Origin: a virus
Taxonomy: Duplodnaviria > Heunggongvirae > Uroviricota > Caudoviricetes
Virus record (IMG/VR): IMGVR_UViG_2778261246_000004
Coordinates: 1-44,468 of that record
Length of the DNA stretch: 44,468 nt
Reading direction: 5' to 3' (one strand)
Shown: positions 19,293 through 28,513 of the stretch, piece after piece
Layout of the letters: every line of letters begins with the position of its first letter
Numbering within the stretch: position 1 is the stretch's first letter
The notes under the pieces: generated by a model
What the model was told of the DNA's origin: nothing
Seen by the model: only the letters and a program-made list of their open reading frames with translations
Databases searched by the model: none
Position numbers and translations under genes: made by a program

Positions 19293-20853
19293 CGCCTTTT
19301 CCTCCCGTTGTCTGTCGGATCTGCTGCACAAACGTGTCCTTTATCCAGATGGGGCGGGGAAGACCCGCTGCCTGTCGCTCCTGGCTTTCACGCAGTTGCT
19401 GGCGGAAAATCTCCTGATAGTCATCGCCCATCAGGGCCAGCTCTTTCTCGTACGTGCTTAAACCACCTTCAATACGCATCACCGCTTCCTGCACTTCCTT
19501 AAGGCCATCAATCGCCATGCGACCGGCACCAATCCACTCGGCACGACACCATCCGGAACGGGCCTCCCAGAATGAAAAACGGGATTTCGGCGGACGGATC
19601 ACACCGCGAATAAGAGCTTCCTCCAGCCAGCAGGCAAACATCTGTGATGCCAGCCGGCTGGCCACAAATTTTCGTTTGCCCATAAAATACCGCCACGACT
19701 CATTGGCGGATGCCCTGGCACTGGAATAACTGACCTGTGAATAATCACGGGAAAGCTGTTCATAGGACACCCCCAGTCCGGCAGCGATGTAACGTAACAG
19801 CGCCTTTTCCAGTTCAGAGAAACCATTATCTGCATTCTGCGCTGTCTGCAGATTCAGTGAATCCCCCGGATAAAGATGCGGAATACGGACCCCGCCCAGC
19901 TTTACCGTATTGGTGGCGTAATAACGCGCGTAGCCTTTCATGATGGTGTTCAGGGGATTTTTACCGCCATCTCCCACCCCGGCGATATATTCAAATGCTT
20001 TTTCCGAATCCAGCGTGGATTCAATCGTCGCGGCATACATCGCCCGCACCACCGCCGACTGCAGTTGCGTGGCCTGCAGCGTGTCGAGCATCTTGAGACG
20101 CTCCATGACAGAATAAAACTGGTTGGCCCCGCGCGTCTGCCCGTCCTCCTGCGGCTGAAACACATGGATCATTCCCGGTCGCCCGGAGGGCAGCGTCGCC
20201 GCAATCCGCGTCCAGTTGCTGACACCGTAACCGGGCCAGTCATCTTCCTGAACATGGTAGGCCAGTGCTTTTCCGTACCGGTTGATTTCCACCCCGGCAC
20301 GCATAAAACGATCGCCGGTACCATAACCGGGTGTACTGACACGTTTCGGGCTGATGGTCTTGAATTTCGTCCGGAATAATGACGTGGATTCCGTATCCCA
20401 TACGGGCTGGACAAAAATTTCACCGTTAAACGTATGAACGCCCACCCCTTCACGAATAAATTCGGTAAACGAGCGACGCCCCTCCACATCCATCGAACCA
20501 AACACAGGATCGCAATATTCCATCCACGCCGCCTCCACATCTTCAATAAAGGCATGCGAATCGGCTTCCGACATCCCCAGCCAGCGCCAGTTGGGCCGGT
20601 AGCTCAGACGAAACATGTGCCCGACGATATGGTCTTTATGAATTTCCACTGCATTTGCGGCAATACCGTTGTTACGGACCAGATCATCCGCACGGGCGTT
20701 ACCCAGCTGAATGGAAGGTAAGAGCGCCACGTCGGCACTTTCCGGTGCAGGCAACCATTCCGCAAGCTGCCCGCCAAATCCGGTACCCCCTCCGGAATAC
20801 CCCATACTCTGCCGCAATGGCTGCCCGTGAAGATCCACCAGTTCCCTGTTCAC
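19282..20853 (-). CDS. Portal protein, lambda gpB-like
   Basis: 523-aa ORF between W and C as in lambda. Confidence 0.85.
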   Translation of the reverse strand: MNRELVDLHGQPLRQSMGYSGGGTGFGGQLAEWLPAPESADVALLPSIQLGNARADDLVRNNGIAANAVEIHKDHIVGHMFRLSYRPNWRWLGMSEADSHAFIEDVEAAWMEYCDPVFGSMDVEGRRSFTEFIREGVGVHTFNGEIFVQPVWDTESTSLFRTKFKTISPKRVSTPGYGTGDRFMRAGVEINRYGKALAYHVQEDDWPGYGVSNWTRIAATLPSGRPGMIHVFQPQEDGQTRGANQFYSVMERLKMLDTLQATQLQSAVVRAMYAATIESTLDSEKAFEYIAGVGDGGKNPLNTIMKGYARYYATNTVKLGGVRIPHLYPGDSLNLQTAQNADNGFSELEKALLRYIAAGLGVSYEQLSRDYSQVSYSSARASANESWRYFMGKRKFVASRLASQMFACWLEEALIRGVIRPPKSRFSFWEARSGWCRAEWIGAGRMAIDGLKEVQEAVMRIEGGLSTYEKELALMGDDYQEIFRQQLRESQERQAAGLPRPIWIKDTFVQQIRQTTGGKGDAS

Positions 20854-21059
20854 AGCCCCACTCCTGCCGGGCCACGACGCCGTCCGGATACGCCCAGCGC
20901 ACTTTCCAGCTCTTCAATATACTGGCGTAGTTCACCAATCGTCGCCCGCGAATACTGAACCTGACGCCCGTCCTTACTGACGGAAACCACAGCACGTCCG
21001 ATCATCAGTTCATGTAATGCCCGGCGGGCATCACAAAGCATTTCATGCGTATAAACCAT
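20850..21059 (-). CDS. Head-tail joining protein, lambda gpW-like
   Basis: 69-aa ORF; AR.ALH.LM.G..V..V.KDGR.V....A....L..YI.ELE and C-terminal RRRGPAG match lambda W. Confidence 0.8.
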   Translation of the reverse strand: MVYTHEMLCDARRALHELMIGRAVVSVSKDGRQVQYSRATIGELRQYIEELESALGVSGRRRGPAGVGL

Positions 21060-21062
21060 TCT

Positions 21063-23021
21063 TTATCCTCCACTCAGTGCAGCCGCGATTTCTTCCAGAC
21101 TCATCTCATCGTCGTCCTGCTCATCTCTTCTGGCACGGGCCAGTGCTTCAAGATCCAGCTGCCACCGCTGAACTGAAATACGCAGGGCAGCATAGGCATA
21201 TACCAGGCAGTCGAGGGCTTCGTTGCGTCGCCCTTTTTTATCCCACAGCAGTTTCACCCTGCCATTAACCACCTTCTCCACCAACTCTTCCGCCACGATC
21301 TGACGCGCCTCTTCTTCCGAAAAAATGTCGGGGTTATCCGGAAAACGGAAGGTATACGGGGCGGCTTCACTGGCAGAGACCACCGGCAGGGCAAAACGGG
21401 CGTACAGCATTTCCTTGACGGTATCGGAGCCCACCTCACACAAAAACACACCACGCTGGTTGCGCTTTTTGGGCATGGTGATCACCGGCTTGCCGTACAC
21501 CGATGCCCCTTTTATGGGAAGCACAAAAAAAGTGCCGTGTTTCCTGGAACGCTGATACACAATGTCCTGGTCGATACCACCGGTATCCCAGCAGACACGG
21601 GAAATGGAAATTTCAGTACCGTCAGCATGACGATATTTTTTCCGGATCACCGTATCAACACGTTTAAGGGTGTCCTCGTCTTCCGGTCGCCCCATGATAA
21701 TTTGCTTATCAATCAGAAAGGCTTCTTCGCCGGGAGCCCAGCCCCAGACATAAATTTCATAGCGATCTTTCTGGGAGTCGATCCCTGCGGTCAGGTAAAC
21801 CACCCGCAGGGGAACCTGCGCGCCATAGTGGCAGACTTTTTCCAGCAACAACTCAAAGCTCAGTTTTTCTGCCACGGCCTCTTCATAGGGCTCCCCGAGC
21901 GTGGTGTTAATAAACGTCTTAACACCGTTCGGATCCTTCAGCGCATCCAGCCAGTCATAAACAATCTGTACCCAGGTGGTGAACGGACTGTACGCCGTCC
22001 AGATGTGGAAAGTGACGGAGCGCGGCGGTGGCATCTCCTCATCGCCGGCGCTGTAAAATGCCAGGCCGTCGCGCGTCCACATCCCGGTATTGTCACAAAT
22101 CCAGCGCCCGTCGGTCTGGTCAAGTTCCGACTGCCGGATCACACAGCCATTATGTTCACACAGGTAATACACCGTTTCCGGTTTACCCTTCTCCCATTTC
22201 AGGCCAAATGGCGTCGCATCATCACCAAACTTCAGATACTGGGCCTCCCCGCAATGAGGGCAAGGGACATAAAACCGCATGAAATGCGCTGATTCATTTG
22301 CGGCTTTCTCAATCTGGCAGGAGCCTTTAATTTTTGGCGTTGAGCCACGTATGGATTTAGGCCATACCGAGCCTTCGATACGCTTATCGCCAAGCAGCGT
22401 CGGCGAACCTTCTTTTTCCACATCCGGTTCAAACGAGGAGAGTTCGTCATAGCAGACCACATCCACAGATTTTTCACGGTAGTTTTTAGCAGCCGCGCCG
22501 CCAAGGCACCAGAAACCCACACCGGAGGAAAAACGCTTCAGGGTGAGTGTATTATCGCGGTGCTTTCTTCCGAACCATGGAGCCAGCTCCAGCAATGCAG
22601 GGACATCCCTTATCGTGGGCTCAACATGAGATTTCATGAAATCTTCTGCAGCAGAATCTGTTGGCTGAAAAAGCAGACTGTTACGGGATTTATGCTCAAT
22701 AAAATAAGCCTCCACCCCCAACAGCATTTTGGTGTAACCAACGCGCGCCGATTTAATCAGATTAACGGTGCGGATCCGGTCATTTCCCATGCTGTTCATA
22801 ATAGCAACCTGAAACGGCAGGGTTTCCCATTGCCCGGGGGTATATGAAGATTCTTTCGGCAGATAATAATGTTTATCAGCCCACTGAACTGTCGTCAGTG
22901 GAACCGGAATATTGAGAGATAAAAGCCCTGTAGCTATCGCACCGGCTGCATTAGCTGCCTTCTGTGCGTCTGAAATCATCAATCCACCTGCCCACGTTTT
23001 CACCGGCTTTAGCTGCAACAT
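21063..23021 (-). CDS. Terminase large subunit, lambda gpA-like
   Basis: 652-aa ORF; extended identity to lambda A by eye ([67 protein letters not shown]). Confidence 0.9.
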   Translation of the reverse strand: MLQLKPVKTWAGGLMISDAQKAANAAGAIATGLLSLNIPVPLTTVQWADKHYYLPKESSYTPGQWETLPFQVAIMNSMGNDRIRTVNLIKSARVGYTKMLLGVEAYFIEHKSRNSLLFQPTDSAAEDFMKSHVEPTIRDVPALLELAPWFGRKHRDNTLTLKRFSSGVGFWCLGGAAAKNYREKSVDVVCYDELSSFEPDVEKEGSPTLLGDKRIEGSVWPKSIRGSTPKIKGSCQIEKAANESAHFMRFYVPCPHCGEAQYLKFGDDATPFGLKWEKGKPETVYYLCEHNGCVIRQSELDQTDGRWICDNTGMWTRDGLAFYSAGDEEMPPPRSVTFHIWTAYSPFTTWVQIVYDWLDALKDPNGVKTFINTTLGEPYEEAVAEKLSFELLLEKVCHYGAQVPLRVVYLTAGIDSQKDRYEIYVWGWAPGEEAFLIDKQIIMGRPEDEDTLKRVDTVIRKKYRHADGTEISISRVCWDTGGIDQDIVYQRSRKHGTFFVLPIKGASVYGKPVITMPKKRNQRGVFLCEVGSDTVKEMLYARFALPVVSASEAAPYTFRFPDNPDIFSEEEARQIVAEELVEKVVNGRVKLLWDKKGRRNEALDCLVYAYAALRISVQRWQLDLEALARARRDEQDDDEMSLEEIAAALSGG

Positions 23022-23499
23022 TGGAGGCTTTCGCGATTTCAGTTTTCACCACATCAAGGTGTGACGGTGAAATATCCGGATATTTACGCTGTAATGTCAG
23101 CGGCACACGTACAAGTATCCCCGAAATCTCCTGTGCCACACGTTGCAGAATGAAGGTAAACAATTCCGTTTCCAGCACCAGCCCTTCTTCACGGGCATTT
23201 TTCAGCTCCTGTGCGTCAGCCTGTGCTTTGGTTAGCCGGTAGCGTTCATAGTCAATGGTGCCGGGTTGTAAATCTGATTCTGCAGCCGCACGCAAATCTT
23301 CCAGTTCTTTGCGGAGCTTTTCGTTTTCGATATCAGTTTCTCTCTGCGCGTACCACTGAATTGCCATCGCGGTATCAAACACAGATTCAACACCCTTGCT
23401 ACCTCCGGAGACGCAAGATAGCCCCTGAGACTGCCAGCGTTCAATCGTTCGCGGATCCACGTTGAAAATTTCGGCAAGTTTCTTTTTGTTAACTTTCAT
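22951..23499 (-). CDS. Terminase small subunit, lambda Nu1-like
   Basis: Start at ATG 23499 ([12 protein letters not shown], cf. lambda MEVNKKQLADIF); TIERWQ.QGL, IENEKLR.E.E.LR and [24 protein letters not shown] conserved. Confidence 0.85.
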   Translation of the reverse strand: MKVNKKKLAEIFNVDPRTIERWQSQGLSCVSGGSKGVESVFDTAMAIQWYAQRETDIENEKLRKELEDLRAAAESDLQPGTIDYERYRLTKAQADAQELKNAREEGLVLETELFTFILQRVAQEISGILVRVPLTLQRKYPDISPSHLDVVKTEIAKASNVAAKAGENVGRWIDDFRRTEGS

Positions 23500-23523
23500 A
23501 ATACATTTCTCTATCAAATACAG

Positions 23524-23578
23524 GGTCCGACATGAAAACGCTTAAAATGTCCTTTTTCTGGTGTTTTCATGTCGGACC
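23524..23578. promoter_or_regulatory. 16-bp perfect inverted repeat (GGTCCGACATGAAAAC ... GTTTTCATGTCGGACC) just upstream of the small terminase gene; candidate cosB / terminase binding element
   Basis: Seen directly; lies 25-80 bp upstream of the Nu1 start, where lambda carries cosB R sites. Confidence 0.35.
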
Positions 23579-24083
23579 TTTTACTGATGTGATGTCAGAA
23601 AAAACAAATAGTTATGCGCGAGAAGTACCGACATGCTTTTTCCTGAAAAATTTTCATAAATAGCGCGTTTTTGCGCGTGCTATGACCCCCGGTGTTTCAA
23701 CTCCCGGAAAGGACCCGCACAAATGGGAGCGTTTATCATTAACATTTACAGATAAGATGACGTACATCATTGAAACGCCATTCAGCCATATACCGGCAGC
23801 ATTCGTAGTTGCACTCCGTAACTCTGCGACTAAGGTTAAAAACATGGCCCTCTTTTGCCACCGGCAAATCTTCAATGGATTTCCCCTGCCGGTTTTTTAT
23901 TTTCGTCGATGCATAACATTGCATTTACATCAATAGCGGCTATTGTCATTAGTATGTTGCATCAATGCATGGGTGGTATTGGCGGTCTTCGCTGGCCGGT
24001 TCTGTGTAGCTGCTCCCTGTGACCGGTTTTTTATTTCTCACATTACAGCAGTCCCTTAGAGTGAAGGGCTGCTGTAATGCCTG

Positions 24084-24482
24084 TTACTCACGAATCAGGC
24101 GAGCACTCTTATCATTCATTTCAATACGCGAATACTGCGGTTTACCATCAATGATGTCTGTCATTACGAACATCTCACCCGGCTGCAGCTCAACCACTGC
24201 GCCTTCCGGTAATTTCATACCGGCAAATACCGGACAACCTGGATGACGATCATCTTCTGTTGCTTCCAGCATTGACTCACCAAACCACTCCGTCGTGGCG
24301 CGACCGTCAGCTGCCTTGTAGTGGATCAAGTACTGGTTTTCGCCATCCGCATACTGCGCACGGGCTTTAACCTCACCCCATTCGTCACTGATGCGCATCT
24401 CCACCAGTTGAGACAACTCAAACTTAAACGGAGCAGCATCAGCACCAATTACAATCGGTTTGTTTTCTGTTTTTTCCATCAT
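24084..24482 (-). CDS. Hypothetical protein
   Basis: Start at MMEK with AGGAGA RBS; acidic soluble protein; no family recognised. Confidence 0.4.
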   Translation of the reverse strand: MMEKTENKPIVIGADAAPFKFELSQLVEMRISDEWGEVKARAQYADGENQYLIHYKAADGRATTEWFGESMLEATEDDRHPGCPVFAGMKLPEGAVVELQPGEMFVMTDIIDGKPQYSRIEMNDKSARLIRE

Positions 24483-24653
24483 CGTCTCCTGATATCGAAG
24501 CCCGTCGCCGCACCGGGCACTGATCAACATTTGAGTATTCGCGGCGACAGAAAGAATTTATTTTATTGAATAGCCACTAACACAGAATTTCATGCTATCC
24601 GAACGCTGACGCACCCTTCATTTTTCAGCAAAATATTCTACTATTACAGGTGA

Positions 24654-24836
24654 TCAGTTCTGCAGACACTGCCGAACGCCATCGATAAGCTGGCAGACCT
24701 GAGAAGCCGTATCGAAAAGCTGGCGCGCCTTATCCAGGCTGACGCATCCCACCAGGAAAAAAGGCACCAGTATCGCTACCAGTGCCCATTTCGCCGCCGT
24801 TCGCGGCATTCTGTGTGTCCAGTGTTTTTGCTTCAT
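24654..24836 (-). CDS. Small predicted lipoprotein (60 aa; signal peptide with lipobox LVGC)
   Basis: MKQKHWTHRMPRTAAKWALVAILVPFFLVGC...; ATG 4 nt after the stop of the upstream small ORF. Confidence 0.5.
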   Translation of the reverse strand: MKQKHWTHRMPRTAAKWALVAILVPFFLVGCVSLDKARQLFDTASQVCQLIDGVRQCLQN

Positions 24837-24840
24837 CTCA

Positions 24841-24981
24841 CTATCCACCAATCAATCCGGATAAGCTCAATACTCGCCAGGCGGTGGAAATGAAAATGGC
24901 AACCAACATTGCTGAAAATGAAAGACCAACAACCACACAAAGAATCCGCGCCAGTTTTATGATGCTATCTGACATACTCAT
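24841..24981 (-). CDS. Small membrane protein (46 aa, one TM helix)
   Basis: MSMSDSIIKLARILCVVVGLSFSAMLVAIFISTAW...; translationally coupled to flanking small ORFs. Confidence 0.35.
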   Translation of the reverse strand: MSMSDSIIKLARILCVVVGLSFSAMLVAIFISTAWRVLSLSGLIGG

Positions 24982-24992
24982 CCCCGCACCAC

Positions 24993-25175
24993 TTACGATT
25001 TCACAGCAATGATCAATTTTGCCATCCCATACAGAATCGGAGACACAGCGATACCGACAGCCACCCACTTAATGGCAAAAGCCACCGCTCTGCTGATGTC
25101 ATCAGTTACAGGCGCTTTCAATTCAAGGCCGTTTTTCATAGTCAACCTAAACAGAATTCGTTTATACTTCTCCAT
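24993..25175 (-). CDS. Small membrane protein (60 aa, C-terminal TM helix)
   Basis: AGGGAGA RBS before ATG; hydrophobic segment AFAIKWVAVGIAVSPILYGMAKLIIAV. Confidence 0.45.
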   Translation of the reverse strand: MEKYKRILFRLTMKNGLELKAPVTDDISRAVAFAIKWVAVGIAVSPILYGMAKLIIAVKS

Positions 25176-25246
25176 GTTCTCCCTTGCTTACTCAAGGTCA
25201 GAAACAGAAAACCCCGAACTGTTCCCGCAGCCGGGGTTTTTGCTTT

Positions 25247-25528
25247 TTATTTATCTGTATGGGCGCGACATCTTGCTATTTCATTCCGGGCTTCACTGTC
25301 GCCACGACAGATACAACGCGCCGTGTCACCGTTCAGTGTGATGATGTAGGCTTCATCCTCTTTTTCTACAGGAATGCACGGAATATTCCCGTCCCGGCAA
25401 TACTCAATCTTCGCTGCAAGATGAGTGTTACGCGGATAGAACTCCAGGCGGTACATATCCCCCAGGACATGCACTTCCTCAACATGACGACCGTCTTCTG
25501 TTACCGTGATTTTCTTGAGTGCGTACAT
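25247..25528 (-). CDS. Hypothetical Cys-containing small protein
   Basis: 93-aa ORF with GGAGGT RBS; Cys pairs (C..DG..PC, C.C, RCR). Confidence 0.45.
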   Translation of the reverse strand: MYALKKITVTEDGRHVEEVHVLGDMYRLEFYPRNTHLAAKIEYCRDGNIPCIPVEKEDEAYIITLNGDTARCICRGDSEARNEIARCRAHTDK

Positions 25529-25562
25529 ACGTACCTCCGTTCTTTCGTTTTTGAGTAATAAA

Positions 25563-25590
25563 AAAGGCCGCCGAAGCGACCTTTGTCAGA
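25563..25590 (-). terminator. Rho-independent terminator-like hairpin
   Basis: Minus-strand RNA GGUCGC-UUCG-GCGGCC followed by U6, downstream of the 25608-25814 gene. Confidence 0.45.
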
Positions 25591-25607
25591 ATTATTCACA
25601 CCTTATG

Positions 25608-25814
25608 TCAGGATGTATGGCAATCTCTGCAGCACCAGTAACATCCATTCACCCTCGTGTAACCCAGATTTTTTGCGGCCTTCACTGCCGGCTCACATGA
25701 GCTAAACTCTCCAAGCTCTTTACGATTGTTTGCATCAGGAAGTCGAAAACATGTTTCTGTATGAACCTCATGATCGTTCTGATTATCTGTAAGAGTATGA
25801 ACATAGTACTTCAT
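25608..25814 (-). CDS. Hypothetical Cys-rich small protein
   Basis: Start at internal ATG 25814 with strong RBS AAAAGGAGAAA; C-terminal GCYWCCRDCH. Confidence 0.45.
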   Translation of the reverse strand: MKYYVHTLTDNQNDHEVHTETCFRLPDANNRKELGEFSSCEPAVKAAKNLGYTRVNGCYWCCRDCHTS

Positions 25815-25903
25815 ACGTATTTCTCCTTTTGGTTGCGTACGCCCAGGAGAAATTAAACGCAAAATACACTTAACTCATTGATAATGATCATTTTTAAATG
25901 CTA

Positions 25904-26449
25904 TCACACAGCCACGCGCTCTTTCATCCAGCCGTAGACAAACGACTCGTTGGCCTCACGTTTTTCTGCCAGTTCCAGATAGCGGTCGCCCTGCGTGCAG
26001 TTCAGCGCTTTCACCAGTACCAATTCGCCGTCTTTGCCTCGTTTTTGCAGATATGCGCGTAGTGCATTAATAGTGCGTGGACCGATACGCCCGTCTGTGT
26101 CCATATCCGGGTACAACTTGCCTTGTTGATTGAACACGTTCAGCCAGCGTTGAAGCATTCTGGACGCCACGGTTGGTCCCATGTTCACGCCCGTATCGCA
26201 CAGTTCTGCGGCAATATCCGGCGACAGAGTTGCCACCTGGTCAAAACGTGGTCCGAACCAGTAATCCGCCTCGAGTATTTCCAGCGCCTGCCCGCGCGTC
26301 AGGTCACGCATATCGCCGCGATATCCGTGAGCGCGGGCGACTTTTTCTGTAATACCCCATTTTGTCGGCCCACCTTTATCGTCCGGATGATTGACGTAGC
26401 CACCCTCTTTTCCGAGGATTTCATCAAAAATGACGTCCTTTGATTTCAT
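25904..26449 (-). CDS. Endolysin, glycoside hydrolase family 108 N-terminal domain with C-terminal peptidoglycan-binding domain
   Basis: 181 aa; N-terminal EGGYVNHPDDKGGPTKWGIT motif characteristic of GH108 lysozymes; directly follows holin-like genes. Confidence 0.75.
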   Translation of the reverse strand: MKSKDVIFDEILGKEGGYVNHPDDKGGPTKWGITEKVARAHGYRGDMRDLTRGQALEILEADYWFGPRFDQVATLSPDIAAELCDTGVNMGPTVASRMLQRWLNVFNQQGKLYPDMDTDGRIGPRTINALRAYLQKRGKDGELVLVKALNCTQGDRYLELAEKREANESFVYGWMKERVAV

Positions 26450-26450
26450 C

Positions 26451-26729
26451 TCAGTGCCTCAACAATGGAAAGATTCTTGTGACATTCCCGCGCGCACGTA
26501 TCACCAGCACGCAAAACAGCAGGTTAAAAAACACTTCCAGCCAGCCCGTTGCTAACGGGCGACCACACAGATAGCTGAGGGGCGCAAAGGCATACAGCAG
26601 CATCAGCAGCCAGGCCAGCCATGACATCAGTGGTTTATGTCTGGAATCACGGCGACGATAAAAAAAGAGCGTCAGCACGATAACCGTGCATAACGCCACA
26701 TTCAGTAATCCGGGAAGGTTACTTAACAT
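26451..26729 (-). CDS. Membrane protein of lysis cassette (holin or antiholin-like, 92 aa)
   Basis: Start ATG 26729 with GGAGGAGG RBS, overlapping the upstream holin stop; 2-3 hydrophobic helices. Confidence 0.45.
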   Translation of the reverse strand: MLSNLPGLLNVALCTVIVLTLFFYRRRDSRHKPLMSWLAWLLMLLYAFAPLSYLCGRPLATGWLEVFFNLLFCVLVIRARGNVTRIFPLLRH

Positions 26730-27111
26730 TGCCGCCTCCTCCGCCCCGCAGGCGCGAGAACAGGCCGGACACCAGTGATGCAATATCCTGCTGGTGGATG
26801 AACGAGAGAATCTTCACCGACACCACCGCCACCAGCACCGCACACAGTGCATCCGCAGATGTACCGTCATAACCTGTTTTTGATGCAATCCAGGCTGACA
26901 GTACACGCGCCCCCAGCACACCAACAATGAACGACACCAGAAAATGTGCCGCCACACGCCAGGCTGAAATCTTCTGCGGCATCGTTGCCACAAATAACGC
27001 CCCGGCGAACGCACCAAACACAATCCCGAAATCCGTTCCGGTAAACAGCCCGAATACCGTCGCCCCGCCGAGCGCCACAGCCGTGCCGGAACCGGATAAG
27101 GGTTCAGACAT
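26719..27111 (-). CDS. Putative holin
   Basis: 130-aa ORF with AGGAGA RBS; Gly/Ala-rich hydrophobic helices; first gene of lysis cassette. Confidence 0.55.
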   Translation of the reverse strand: MSEPLSGSGTAVALGGATVFGLFTGTDFGIVFGAFAGALFVATMPQKISAWRVAAHFLVSFIVGVLGARVLSAWIASKTGYDGTSADALCAVLVAVVSVKILSFIHQQDIASLVSGLFSRLRGGGGGNVK

Positions 27112-27201
27112 ACTTTTTTCTCCTGTAAATAAAAAAGGGCCACCAGCGGCCCGTAAAAAAACACCCCATCAAAGGCACCCGCAGATGCCTTTTGTGTGGT
27201 G

Positions 27202-27354
27202 TTATTCAGATTTACGCAGTAAAGGCCGGAGCACGACCAGCGCCATCGCCACCAGCACACCATCTGCCAGCACCGACATCAGCCGTCCGGTGAAATCCAC
27301 CACCACTACCAGAAACAGCAGGATGGCAGCCAGCACAAGGTGCGCACTTTTCAC
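27202..27354 (-). CDS. Small hydrophobic ORF (50 aa, GTG start overlapping the upstream stop)
   Basis: cctGTGAaa overlap with the TerB-like gene stop, GGAG 8 nt upstream; VKSAHLVLAAILLFLVVVVDFTG...; not in ORF track (short). Confidence 0.3.
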   Translation of the reverse strand: MKSAHLVLAAILLFLVVVVDFTGRLMSVLADGVLVAMALVVLRPLLRKSE

Positions 27355-27776
27355 AGGTACTGCTCCAGCGGCAACTGCAGCGCCTGAGCAATTTTCTTGA
27401 GCTGTGCTTCTTCATCCGGACCAATGCCATCCTGGTCAGCAATATCAAGACACAGGCACAGCACATCAACCGCTTCGGCGGTTCCTGCCACATCAGCCAG
27501 TTCACGCAAAGCCTGAGCATTCGCACTACGAGGTGACGCTTCATAACGGGCGCGGATATTTGCACTCATTTGTGCAATCTCACCCGAGAACGGCGCAAAA
27601 GCAGGAAGTGCTGCAATGGTTTTCTCCAGCACAGCGATTTCTTTCGCATCACAGGTGCCGTCGGCGAATGCTATGGAATACGCGCCCCAGACGGTCGCCT
27701 CCACTGCGTCGCGGTTCTCCATCTTCTTCACTTCGGTAATGGCCTTGCGGGTTTTCTTTTTGAAAATACCAAACAT
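27351..27776 (-). CDS. TerB-like / DUF533-like protein
   Basis: 141-aa ORF with AAGGAA RBS; resemblance to TerB-family proteins is from memory only. Confidence 0.4.
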   Translation of the reverse strand: MFGIFKKKTRKAITEVKKMENRDAVEATVWGAYSIAFADGTCDAKEIAVLEKTIAALPAFAPFSGEIAQMSANIRARYEASPRSANAQALRELADVAGTAEAVDVLCLCLDIADQDGIGPDEEAQLKKIAQALQLPLEQYL

Positions 27777-28098
27777 CGTGACGTTTCCTTTTAGTGGGTG
27801 AGCCTCCGCCCTGGGGTGACCAGCCCACAGAGAAAGTCACACTGACCATCCCGTAAGCTCACCCCTGAAAGGCTCTGTGGTTTTTGATGTGCGCCGGGCG
27901 TGACGCAAAGAAATGAAATAAGAATTACCTGAAATTAAGGTTAATCTGAGGATTTAAACCATTTTTAATGCTTAGTAATATAAATACGTCTCTCTGGAGG
28001 AGAGAGATGCTTATTCTTCTTCATGGACTTTGTCCCGCGGCTTTAATCCGACAGCCGCGCCCTTTTTTCGCCAATATAAACCGGGTTGAACTCATACA

Positions 28099-28122
28099 AA
28101 AAGCTCGCCGAAGCGAGCCTGT
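28099..28122 (-). terminator. Rho-independent terminator-like hairpin downstream of tRNA-like element A
   Basis: Minus-strand RNA GCUCGC-UUCG-GCGAGC followed by U5. Confidence 0.45.
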
Positions 28123-28146
28123 TAAAAGTATATTTACCGTTACAAA

Positions 28147-28228
28147 TGGACCGTCACCGGGGACTCGAACCCCGCACCACAAAACAACAATACGTGTTAT
28201 GCACTCTTACCCGATGAGTTAGTGACGG
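28147..28228 (-). tRNA. tRNA-like element A (atypical; anticodon not assignable by eye)
   Basis: 7-bp acceptor stem CCGTCAC/GTGACGG, U8, A14, G18G19, canonical T-arm CGGGG-TTCGAGT-CCCCG and 3' CCA, but no clean anticodon arm; 82 nt. Confidence 0.35.
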
Positions 28229-28282
28229 TTTTTTGTTCTGTGGGAATCCAGCCTGACGACAGAATTACTGGAACACCTTGCA

Positions 28283-28318
28283 AAAAAAGCCAGCCACCAG
28301 AGACTGGCTGGCAAATTA
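28283..28318 (-). terminator. Rho-independent terminator-like hairpin
   Basis: Minus-strand RNA GCCAGCCA-loop-UGGCUGGC followed by U7. Confidence 0.45.
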
Positions 28319-28487
28319 CAAAGTTTAAATGATTCATCATACAATCGTCGTTACAGGGGAATCCTGCGGTGCAGCAAGATACAGAAATGTAAGCAAGCTA
28401 ACAATAAGCAAGAACAGCATCTTCGGAATTAGTTATATTTTTAACGATACAATGCTTATTTAGCGTACAACTCTGCCATTTACCGAA

Positions 28488-28513
28488 AAAAAACCGCCTG
28501 TTAAGGCGGTGGT
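28488..28513 (-). terminator. Rho-independent terminator-like hairpin
   Basis: Minus-strand RNA CCGCC-UUAACA-GGCGG followed by U8. Confidence 0.45.

Noticed and set aside
21537-22292. 251-aa plus-strand ORF inside the terminase large subunit gene
   Set aside because: Antisense to a strongly supported terminase gene; no RBS or coding-like composition
23654-23936. Small ORFs (23654-23875 minus, 23682-23936 plus) in the cos region
   Set aside because: Mutually overlapping, no convincing RBS, in a region expected to be non-coding cos DNA; not excluded, but unsupported
28147-28228. tRNA-like element A considered as a 3' tRNA fragment marking a phage attachment site
   Set aside because: It has both acceptor-stem strands and lies internal to the prophage between lysis genes and other tRNAs, far from the integrase, so an att remnant is unlikely; kept as an atypical tRNA-like element
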